Below, piece by piece: positions 56,324 to 64,000 of a DNA stretch of 64,000 nucleotides. Each line of letters begins with the position of its first letter. The first letter of the stretch is position 1. Source of the stretch: a virus; the IMG/VR virus record IMGVR_UViG_3300045988_159113; one strand, given 5' to 3'. The position numbers and the translations under genes were made by a program. Below the pieces are notes generated by a model, which ran no database searches, was not told the DNA's origin, and was given only the letters and a program-made list of their open reading frames with translations.

Positions 56324-57287
56324 TGTATATTATCTTTTCTATGATCAGGTAAATCAAGAATTGATAAAGCTGGATCTGTTGGAACTTTCTGACTTACCAA
56401 ACAAAACATGTTTCGTAACTTTCCCGTTTGTGCTCAATGGTAAATATGCGCACAATGGTCATGACTTGGTTAACTTAATTAACGAGTATAACGGAAGAGT
56501 CTATAACAGGTATCAGGATGAGTACAAGATCAAACCGCCGTATTTCATAAAATGTGCATATAATCAAATCGGACGTGTTGATGTTTCCATATTCTACAAG
56601 AAAAAACATTTCTTGTTTTATGATAATAAGATAAGCAATCCTGACGATTATCCTATTATTGATTCTTTCGTTTCCAAGCATAAGTCTCTACCATTCTGCG
56701 GTGTCTATATGAAGAAACTTCATGAGTTCATTATGGATAACCAAATCGTGCGCCCAAATCCAAAACCAGGAGGCATTTATTTCAATGTTGTGATAAAGGG
56801 CAAGATTTACAAGGCTTATATTTGTAAAGAAAGTACCGATCATTGTTTTCTCTCTTTCCCATTAACAGGAAACAGATATGCCTTTGATTGTTATAATATA
56901 AGCGAGGAAGAAGTGTTGAATGTTCTTGGTATCAATGAGTGGCAAGGTGATTGGCCTGAAACACCAGAAAGAAAAGTGTATGTTCTGCTTGATTATATCA
57001 ACGAGAACCGTATGGCTGGACCTGTTATCGACAGGTTAAAGATAGACGGCAATAAGATCATCACATCTTTTGCTGAGTTCGAGATAAAGCAAACGAAGAC
57101 TGGCAAGTGGTATATTCGGGGAAATATTGAGCAGATATGCTTGTTGTTTAAAGTTCCTAATATTACGGAACTCAAACATCTTGTCAACAAGATAATTGGC
57201 AACAAGATACGGCACGGTGTCTTTCCGGAATGTGATTCGAGAGAAGAGGTCACGAAACTTTTAAAATCAATTAGAGATGACAGATAA
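56310..57287 (+). CDS. family F member F12
   Basis: KIKPPY...LLDYINENR...EIKQTKTGKWYIRGN...GVFPECDSREEVTKLL. Confidence 0.65.
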   Translation: MNADNVYYLFYDQVNQELIKLDLLELSDLPNKTCFVTFPFVLNGKYAHNGHDLVNLINEYNGRVYNRYQDEYKIKPPYFIKCAYNQIGRVDVSIFYKKKHFLFYDNKISNPDDYPIIDSFVSKHKSLPFCGVYMKKLHEFIMDNQIVRPNPKPGGIYFNVVIKGKIYKAYICKESTDHCFLSFPLTGNRYAFDCYNISEEEVLNVLGINEWQGDWPETPERKVYVLLDYINENRMAGPVIDRLKIDGNKIITSFAEFEIKQTKTGKWYIRGNIEQICLLFKVPNITELKHLVNKIIGNKIRHGVFPECDSREEVTKLLKSIRDDR

Positions 57288-58236
57288 GTTTTATTATCTT
57301 TTTTATGACCGTATAAACGGAAAGATAATCAGATTAGATTTGTTTAACGCTAACCTATCAATAGGCGAAGCCGTTTCTGTGATGTTTCCATGGGCAATTG
57401 ATGGGAGGCTTACACATAATGATGGCGAAGTAGTGATGGCGATCAACAAACACAACCAAAGAACATATAAACGATATATTGAGAAGTTTAAAATCAGACC
57501 TCCGTACTATATCGAAAATGTGCTCGGCGTTCGTGGTATGATCAATGCTATTGTTACTTACAAAAGTAGGTCACTTTTGCTTAAAGAGTACATGCTTGTC
57601 GACAAGTATAATGATGTCGCTCCATTCTTTGCTAAATATGACTATGCGAAGTTTAACATCTGTTATATGATAGGGCTTCACAAGTATATCTTGGACAATC
57701 AGATCATACGTCCTAGCAAACATAATAGCGGAATGTTTAGCGTCATGATACTTGGTAAAAGCTATATCGCGAATGTTGTAGTTTCACTAGATCATTGCTT
57801 CCTTAACATAGAAGGTATATCAAACGGAGCAGTCTTCAATCATTATAAAATAGGTAAATCAAAAGTCCTTGAAGTACTCAGGATAGACAAATGGTACGGA
57901 GACTGGCCAGAGACTACCGAAGACAAGGTGTACGAGTTAATCAACTATATCAACGAGTGCAGAAGCTCAAGCACTAATCCTGATAAAGTTGAGATAAGCG
58001 GAAATGAAATCATCACAGATTTTGCTAGACTTGAAATAAAGCAAAGCAAAAATGGTAAATGGTATATCAGTGGCTCGCTCGAGAATATATTGAAATTGTT
58101 TCATATTGACGACCAAGTCGAGTTGAAGCAAATGGTCAATAACCTTTTCGGATCTAAGCGACGCGCTGGTGTATTCCCTGAACTTGATTCTCGTGATGAT
58201 GTTATTAAACTAATCAAAGTAACGCAACATGAATAG
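57277..58236 (+). CDS. family F member F13
   Basis: KIRPPY...LINYINECR...EIKQSKNGKWYISGS...GVFPELDSRDDVIKLI. Ends in TAG. Confidence 0.65.
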   Translation: MTDKFYYLFYDRINGKIIRLDLFNANLSIGEAVSVMFPWAIDGRLTHNDGEVVMAINKHNQRTYKRYIEKFKIRPPYYIENVLGVRGMINAIVTYKSRSLLLKEYMLVDKYNDVAPFFAKYDYAKFNICYMIGLHKYILDNQIIRPSKHNSGMFSVMILGKSYIANVVVSLDHCFLNIEGISNGAVFNHYKIGKSKVLEVLRIDKWYGDWPETTEDKVYELINYINECRSSSTNPDKVEISGNEIITDFARLEIKQSKNGKWYISGSLENILKLFHIDDQVELKQMVNNLFGSKRRAGVFPELDSRDDVIKLIKVTQHE

Positions 58237-59281
58237 AGAAACTGATTTCTTTTATCTATTTTACAATAGAACCAACAAATACTTGGTACAGTTGGATCTG
58301 TTGAGTAATTACTCGGAGAATATATCTTGTCGAACAGTAGATGGCGATAAGTACAAGCTGTATGGCAAGTATTTCAAAGCAGAGGATGAGTTTATCCAAG
58401 CTGTTAATGATTTCAATGTGTCGATGGCTCAAAAGTATTTTAGCAAGTTCAAGATTCTTGCACCGTATAGATTAGAGTGTCAGCTCTTATTCTATATAGA
58501 CGGAGGGGCAGACTACAACATATACATCTCAACACATGACAGATGCTATCGTTTCATTTATGGCAAGGAAACGCCTGCAAACTTTATAGAATTTGCACGT
58601 ATCCGCAATATAGAGCCGGGGACTTTCAATCTTCGCTATATGCTGAACCTACATACTGCACTTTTGAACTCTGCAGTGTTCAGGGCTGGATATGACAGGG
58701 GCAAGTTCTGTTATACTGTAAACTGTGGAGAAAATTCTTTCTGTGCTCATATCGCGAAGTCAAGAGTAAGAGCTGGCTGTTATTTCCTAGCCTTTAGTCC
58801 TAATATTCCGAATGACTACGTCTTCGCGTATTACAACGTCAATAGGCAAAACATCAAGGATCTCTTGACTGTAGACTCCTGGACCGGAAAGTGGCCCGAG
58901 GATGTCGAGTCGACAATCTACGCGATCATGCAGTATATGAACAGAACATATATCGCAAATGCCAATTTTAGTTTTGTAATAGATGATGATGCTGTCATGT
59001 TCAACGGTACCAGATACCCATTCAAACAAGCAAAGAAGGGAGGCTGGTTCTTGTCTGGCAATATTGAGAAGATACTTCAGATGTTCGGTCTTGATAGTGT
59101 CGACTCATTACGTAAGACAGCGAACCTATATCTTGGAGCAAAGAACAGACCGGGAGTTTTCCCAGAATGCGACACAAAAGAAGAGTTGATAAACTTGATT
59201 AAAATGTTCAAAGATGGAGAGCGAAAAATCAAAATTTCCGGTTCTTCTGTACTTCGATCCATGCAGCCGGATGATCTATAA
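58229..59281 (+). CDS. family F member F14
   Basis: IMQYMNRTYIAN...KQAKKGGWFLSGN...GVFPECDTKEELINLI. A 19-aa tail overlaps the F15 start. Confidence 0.65.
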   Translation: MNRETDFFYLFYNRTNKYLVQLDLLSNYSENISCRTVDGDKYKLYGKYFKAEDEFIQAVNDFNVSMAQKYFSKFKILAPYRLECQLLFYIDGGADYNIYISTHDRCYRFIYGKETPANFIEFARIRNIEPGTFNLRYMLNLHTALLNSAVFRAGYDRGKFCYTVNCGENSFCAHIAKSRVRAGCYFLAFSPNIPNDYVFAYYNVNRQNIKDLLTVDSWTGKWPEDVESTIYAIMQYMNRTYIANANFSFVIDDDAVMFNGTRYPFKQAKKGGWFLSGNIEKILQMFGLDSVDSLRKTANLYLGAKNRPGVFPECDTKEELINLIKMFKDGERKIKISGSSVLRSMQPDDL

Positions 59282-60233
59282 GTTCCCGCTTATCTGGACA
59301 ACGGACATAGAACACTTGAAGTTCGAGATACTTATTGAAGAACTCGGATCAAGTACTGTATGGTTTCGTGGTATGAAATATGAGAACACGGAGGAACTCC
59401 TGCGTTTTATATCCAAAGAGAACGAGAAGACGCGTAAAAAGTATAAAGAGAAATATGGCATTTTTCCGCCATATGTTATTACTCAATGTACTTTTAACAC
59501 GACTTATTCAATTTGTATTAGAACGCACAATTGCGAAAACTATGCTGTGTTTTTATTTGAAGATGGGGAAAAGCTTCCTGAGTGTATTGCAAATGGAGAA
59601 GTTCCTGTTTTTCGCAATGCAGAAATTAAAGCTAGCGATAGGTTTAATATTAAAACACTCATCAAGTTGCATAACTCCATCGTCTCAAATTATGTAGTAC
59701 GTCCTGCGATTTATTTGGATTGTTGTGATAGGTATGTTGCAAAAATAAACGGCACGCTTTATGATGCTAGGATTGTTAGAGTTGCTGATAATACTTTCTA
59801 TTTACAGTTTTTCACGATTCCCAGCATAAAACTTTTTAAGTATTATGACATAAAGTTTACAGAATACGAGCCTATCATATCTCATGACTTCCGTTTGATG
59901 GATGGCTATATCCCTGTGGATAATAAAGAGCACATCCTAAAAATTCTTGACTTCATCAATAGTAAGCGCTGTGCTATGGAGTATGCATCGTTTACTATCA
60001 AAAGCGATACTATCCTAAGTAATGGATGTATGTTCAAGATAGTCCAAACGCCAACTGGCAAGTGGTACATAAAGGGTAAGAGTGACGACTTCCCTAAGGT
60101 GTTCAAGTGCTCAAGTATGGAGGAGATCAGAGAGTTTGCGATCAAGCTATTCGGGCGAAGGATTACTGGAGTATTCCCAGAGTGCAACACCAGGGAAGAG
60201 TTGTTAACTTTAATCGAGAAGATGAAGAAATGA
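59214..60233 (+). CDS. family F member F15
   Basis: GIFPPY...ILDFINSKR...VQTPTGKWYIKGK...GVFPECNTREELLTLI. Confidence 0.65.
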   Translation: MESEKSKFPVLLYFDPCSRMIYKFPLIWTTDIEHLKFEILIEELGSSTVWFRGMKYENTEELLRFISKENEKTRKKYKEKYGIFPPYVITQCTFNTTYSICIRTHNCENYAVFLFEDGEKLPECIANGEVPVFRNAEIKASDRFNIKTLIKLHNSIVSNYVVRPAIYLDCCDRYVAKINGTLYDARIVRVADNTFYLQFFTIPSIKLFKYYDIKFTEYEPIISHDFRLMDGYIPVDNKEHILKILDFINSKRCAMEYASFTIKSDTILSNGCMFKIVQTPTGKWYIKGKSDDFPKVFKCSSMEEIREFAIKLFGRRITGVFPECNTREELLTLIEKMKK

Positions 60234-61255
60234 TAATCCAACTTTTAGAAGAACCGACTTATCTATACTTTGACCAGATGGTGATGAAAGTCTACCAGCT
60301 GCCAATAATGCATACGATACAGTTGTCGGCTGTTGAAGTTTACAACGTACGACATCCTCAAGGCATCATGTCAATGCGCGAACGAGAAGTTGACCTATGG
60401 TTTCGAGATGCGCATTACAACACGATCGGTGATCTCTTGAAGTATATAAACAAGAGAAACGAGAGAATGTTCAAATATTACGTTGAGAAATTCGGAATTT
60501 CTCCTGCTTACTTTTTGGACCAAGAAGCTGATGCGGATAATGTAGTCATTACCACTATTGTAACACATCTCGATTCTTACCGTTTTGAATGTGATGGTCG
60601 GATAGATTATGAAATAATAGAGAAGACTATTCCCGTTTTCAGTTATGCAGACATCAAAGAAGATGACCGTTTTGGCGCAGAAGTTCTGGTGAAGATGCAC
60701 AACTCCATCATCAAAAACCAGGTGATAAAACCCACCATATACAAGAACGTTTACACCGTAAGAATGGGCGATTTGTTTGCAAAAGCAAAAATCGATACGA
60801 TGGATATAGGTAGGGTGCCTGGCTATCATTTGCATTTTCTATCTTATCATGATAGGATTGTTTTTGATTATTACCACATACGATATTCTGACTTTGCTTA
60901 TGTGATCCCTGATACCGAATTGAGTAACGGGATACCTGTTGGCCCAGAAGAAGATATCAGAAAGCTCATCAACTATATCAATATGACATATTGCGTTTGT
61001 GAGGGCTCAAAGTTTAGTGTGAATGATAATATTATCATCTGCAATAAGCACAAGCTTGAAATTACACAAACGCGAAACGGCAAATGGTATATCAAGGGTG
61101 ATGTTTTACTCGCTTTTGGGTTGGATAGTATGGAGGCAATCAGAAAGGCTGCGTCTGATCTCTTCGGTAAAAAGAGGATGAACGGAGTATTCCCGGAATG
61201 CGATTCCAAGGAAGACCTCCTGCGACTCGTTGAAGTTCTTAGAAAATACAGGTGA
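60230..61255 (+). CDS. family F member F16
   Basis: ATG at 60230 (ATGA overlap) in track ORF 60107..61255. LINYINMTY...TQTRNGKWYIKGD...GVFPECDSKEDLLRLV. Confidence 0.6.
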   Translation: MIIQLLEEPTYLYFDQMVMKVYQLPIMHTIQLSAVEVYNVRHPQGIMSMREREVDLWFRDAHYNTIGDLLKYINKRNERMFKYYVEKFGISPAYFLDQEADADNVVITTIVTHLDSYRFECDGRIDYEIIEKTIPVFSYADIKEDDRFGAEVLVKMHNSIIKNQVIKPTIYKNVYTVRMGDLFAKAKIDTMDIGRVPGYHLHFLSYHDRIVFDYYHIRYSDFAYVIPDTELSNGIPVGPEEDIRKLINYINMTYCVCEGSKFSVNDNIIICNKHKLEITQTRNGKWYIKGDVLLAFGLDSMEAIRKAASDLFGKKRMNGVFPECDSKEDLLRLVEVLRKYR

Positions 61256-61328
61256 GATTTCGGGTTTTAACAAACCGATTTATTGATTTATGTCAAGAAA
61301 TTTTCAAGCGATTTGCTTTTTAGGATTT

Positions 61329-61346
61329 TAAATAGTATTATTGAAA
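61329..61346 (+). promoter_or_regulatory. late-type promoter box
   Basis: AAATAGTATTATTGAAAC. Same TAGTATTATTG core as at 10941 and 17881. First intergenic gap after the family F array. Confidence 0.45.
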
Positions 61347-61482
61347 CGCTAACAAAAAAGTAATGCTATGAGAAAAATTAAAAATGCTATCAAATGGGTT
61401 TCTAGGCGTATGTCTACGAATTCCTACTGGCTTCCAACGGGAACCTTCCCGTGCTGAAGCCAGCAGCAAAGATTAATTTTTA

Positions 61483-62160
61483 ATGGTACGAGACATTTTT
61501 ATCAAAACATGTGAGGATGGTATCGATGATTTGATATCAATCCCCGATACAGCGGAAATATATGAACAGTTCCAATATGCCGATGGATCCTTTGAGTATA
61601 TAATCGTTGACGATTACAACAGCGAGAATATATCCCAAATGATGAAATACCGCAACGATTATGATGTTATATCTTACAATAACACATACGTCATGATCAT
61701 TGTTAACGCCATCGATATCACAGGGTGCGATATAAAGAAGGAACAGTTCAAATTTCCAACTGCCTATGTTCGGTTTTATAAAGAGAATCCGCACATATGG
61801 GAACTAGCAAAAGGGCGGTTTGGTGTTGACCTGTCAGGGATGGATGAGTACACGGACGATCAGCTGGAGTTTCTAAAAGACAACGTTACATTTAATATTG
61901 CCTTTATGAAAATCAGGAAATCTTCCGATGTGCATTTCCTCGTTGATAAGGTACACATAAAAACAAAAAGCGGATCTCCAAAGTTCGCTGTAGAGTATAA
62001 GAAGATTGGGTTTTGTTCCGCTTTCGATACTCAGTACGATCTGACCGGGGTTTCAAATAAGGCTGACACTGTCTATTCTGAATTTTGCACAAAAGAAGAA
62101 TATGATGATGCGCTATGCCGAGTGTTAACAGTCTTGGGAGTTAAGAAGTTTGAGGTATGA
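61483..62160 (+). CDS. hypothetical protein
   Basis: Intact 225-aa ORF. Confidence 0.55.
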   Translation: MVRDIFIKTCEDGIDDLISIPDTAEIYEQFQYADGSFEYIIVDDYNSENISQMMKYRNDYDVISYNNTYVMIIVNAIDITGCDIKKEQFKFPTAYVRFYKENPHIWELAKGRFGVDLSGMDEYTDDQLEFLKDNVTFNIAFMKIRKSSDVHFLVDKVHIKTKSGSPKFAVEYKKIGFCSAFDTQYDLTGVSNKADTVYSEFCTKEEYDDALCRVLTVLGVKKFEV

Positions 62161-62525
62161 TGAAATTGATATGCCATGGTTATTCACGTAACGCGTTGGT
62201 TATCTCTTTCTACCTAGACGGAAAACGAATTATGGACGGAATCTATATCTTCGAAATGGAAGCTTTCAAGGTTCTCCGGATGTCAGACGTATGCGTTGAG
62301 GTGTATAAAGAGATCATGGATGCTTTAGTGAAAGATGGCTTTTTCGAAAATAGGTTCCGGATATTGTGCAAAGATAGAACTTTAAAACAAAAAATCAGGG
62401 AGTATGAGCGAGAAAAATCTGATAGAGCAAAGGCAAGAGGCAAACTTGCGCTTGCTGGAGATTATTCAGGATTATTTGGAGAAGTACCCAAGCTTACGCT
62501 TCGGCCAGGCATTGATCAACCTTAA
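62157..62525 (+). CDS. hypothetical protein (3' end uncertain)
   Basis: Intact 122-aa ORF. Its last 122 nt overlap the next ORF in another frame. Confidence 0.4.
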   Translation: MMKLICHGYSRNALVISFYLDGKRIMDGIYIFEMEAFKVLRMSDVCVEVYKEIMDALVKDGFFENRFRILCKDRTLKQKIREYEREKSDRAKARGKLALAGDYSGLFGEVPKLTLRPGIDQP

Positions 62526-62616
62526 CATACTTGAACCAACAGACAACACGGCCGTTGTAAAAGATCCATATTACGACGAACCGATGGCAATGTTGGATAG
62601 AATAAAACAAGAATGA
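62404..62616 (+). CDS. hypothetical protein
   Basis: Intact 70-aa ORF. ...LRFGQALINL...DPYYDEP... looks like a small conserved phage protein. Confidence 0.45.
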   Translation: MSEKNLIEQRQEANLRLLEIIQDYLEKYPSLRFGQALINLNILEPTDNTAVVKDPYYDEPMAMLDRIKQE

Positions 62617-63227
62617 AAGTATATCGAATACAACAGAAGAATTTTAATTCCATAACGCAGTCAACACTTAGTGTAGAAGATGGGACGAAGTTTCAATTTA
62701 TACCAACAGGAAAAGAGGACATGTACAATGTCGCCTATATCACTGATGGCAGTAAAGAGAACGTCATAAGGTGTAAAAGATTAGTGAACTCTTTTCAGTT
62801 TCTACTTCCTTATGATAAGCTCCTTATCATTCTCAAGGACTTCATGGGCAAGCCGTTCGAGGAATCGACGGAGATAAAGATCAATGATTTCTATCTCTCT
62901 TGTTTCCCAAAGGGGCATCCAGAAAGACCGCTTGAGTTCTATCATGTGCTTGACTTTACAGGAACCGCGTTCAAGGTAATACGTGTAAGGATAACGGATC
63001 CATTAAACAAGATATATAATCCTCGGATTGAGTACACAACAATCGCACCGCTTACTTTGTTCAGAAGCCAGACGGGAATAGCTAGAGGTCCAGAGACTGC
63101 GCTGTTTACTGACTTCATGAAAAAAGAAGATTTCGAGCGTTATATGGATATCATAACTCTTACACTGAAAGGAGACACCAATCGTTTAATGACAAATGAA
63201 ATACTTTACAATTCAGGAGCTGACTAA
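62613..63227 (+). CDS. hypothetical protein
   Basis: Intact 204-aa ORF. Confidence 0.55.
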   Translation: MKVYRIQQKNFNSITQSTLSVEDGTKFQFIPTGKEDMYNVAYITDGSKENVIRCKRLVNSFQFLLPYDKLLIILKDFMGKPFEESTEIKINDFYLSCFPKGHPERPLEFYHVLDFTGTAFKVIRVRITDPLNKIYNPRIEYTTIAPLTLFRSQTGIARGPETALFTDFMKKEDFERYMDIITLTLKGDTNRLMTNEILYNSGAD

Positions 63228-63651
63228 TTCATAGACAGCTAAAGCAAAGGGTCTTGATAATACTCCGGACCCACAACAGGAGCACAATCTCCGCAGGCTT
63301 ATCGAGGAGCTGCTCGATCCATTACGTGAAGCTTGGGGTAAACCGATAAAGGTAACCTCCGGGTTCCGTGGTTTCGCACTTAATAAATGCGTTAAAGGAT
63401 CAAAAAGTTCGGCTCATTGTATAGGAGCAGCTGCGGATCTTGTACCTGTAGATGGGAAGATGCCACAATTCAAAAGATTCGTGAGAGACTGGTTGACTGA
63501 AAACAATATCAAGTTTGACCAGTATATAGATGAGAGAAGTGGAAACAGTGAGTGGGTACATCTGGGACTTATCAACCAGTCAGGAAGACAGAGGAGACAA
63601 TTTCTGATGTATCGCAACAAGACGTATGTATCATTGAAGGATATATGTTAA
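63196..63651 (+). CDS. endolysin, peptidase M15 (zinc DD-/LD-peptidase fold) with one in-frame TAG
   Basis: ATG at 63196. MKYFTIQELTNS[TAG 63232]TAKAKGLDNTP...SGFRG...SSAHCIGAAADL...EWVHLG. The track shows only the part after an internal Met (63460..63651). Confidence 0.75.
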
Positions 63652-64000
63652 AAATCGGAACGCATGATTCAGCGACAGGCGAGAAAGCCATGTCGTGGTG
63701 GATGAAGCTCTTGACTCCTTTTTGGAAGACACAGAGCAAGACAATCAAAGAGCAGTATGAGGCAGGCTGCCGTATGTTTGACATTAGAGTCAAGAAGGTA
63801 GGCCGCGAGTATTACTGCGCTCATGGTTTGTTTGTAACAGAGAAGACAGCGCACGAGATCTTCACAGAGCTTGACAATCTCGGGGGATGCTATGTTGCTG
63901 TCACTTGGGAAGGAAAAATGACAACGGACGAGGAGAAGGCTTGTTTCAAAAGTTGGTATCAGAGAGTAAGGAAGAAATACAAAAACACATTCTGGGGGCC
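63645..64000 (+). CDS. PI-PLC X-domain-like phosphodiesterase (partial, runs off window)
   Basis: ATG at 63645 (ATGTTAA overlap). Open to the window end. MLKIGTHDSATG...GCRMFDIRV resembles the GTHDS / R.FD.R signature. Confidence 0.4.
   Translation, partial: MLKIGTHDSATGEKAMSWWMKLLTPFWKTQSKTIKEQYEAGCRMFDIRVKKVGREYYCAHGLFVTEKTAHEIFTELDNLGGCYVAVTWEGKMTTDEEKACFKSWYQRVRKKYKNTFWG

Noticed and set aside
1-64000. TGA or TAA reassignment instead of, or as well as, TAG.
   Set aside because: Recoded genes terminate cleanly at TGA or TAA (for example 11608, 12866, 19599, 7119). No tRNA with a UCA or UUA anticodon was seen.

Overview
The window looks like one contiguous piece of a large tailed-phage genome of the Bacteroidota or crAss-like type. 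Supporting signs: terL is followed by the portal gene, start codons sit in A-rich contexts without a Shine-Dalgarno sequence, and promoter boxes resemble TAnnTTTG. All calls come from reading the sequence and recalling motifs; no search was run.

**1. Late and structural block (1-22021).** It runs in alternating strand blocks and is translatable only if TAG is a sense codon.
- The fragmented ORFs in the supplied track join into long genes interrupted only by TAG. TAA and TGA still terminate them.
- Joined genes include portal, a split terL, a zinc peptidase plus lytic transglycosylase protein, and a leucine-rich-repeat (LRR) fiber.
- An amber-suppressor tRNA (anticodon CUA) sits inside this block at 15046-15121.
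- The terL reading frame is broken by a 197-nt segment. Removing it restores the frame exactly, so it is a candidate group I intron.

**2. Early cassettes (22.1-26.6 kb).** Seven small plus-strand genes each form their own unit: a repeated promoter-like motif (AAACGTCAAAATAGTC, a spacer, then GTnTGTAT; 8-9 copies), the gene, then a hairpin terminator.

**3. Accessory arm (26.9-61.3 kb).** It uses the standard code and is built largely from tandem paralog families.
- The largest family has 16 members; 14 of them are contiguous over 13.3 kb.
- It also holds a sigma-70 family gene, three ordinary tRNAs (Lys-UUU, Leu-UAA, Gln-UUG) and a minus-strand winged-helix gene flanked by two 4-copy iteron sets with exact 22-bp spacing.
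- Two clusters of unusual RNA modules occur here: a covarying hairpin capped by a GNRA-type tetraloop, followed by a tRNA-like minihelix (acceptor stem plus T arm) with no anticodon arm.

**4. Second late unit (from about 61.33 kb).** A late-type promoter box opens a unit that contains an M15 endolysin with one in-frame TAG.

Coordinates of TAG-containing genes were derived by hand and may be off by a few codons at their starts.
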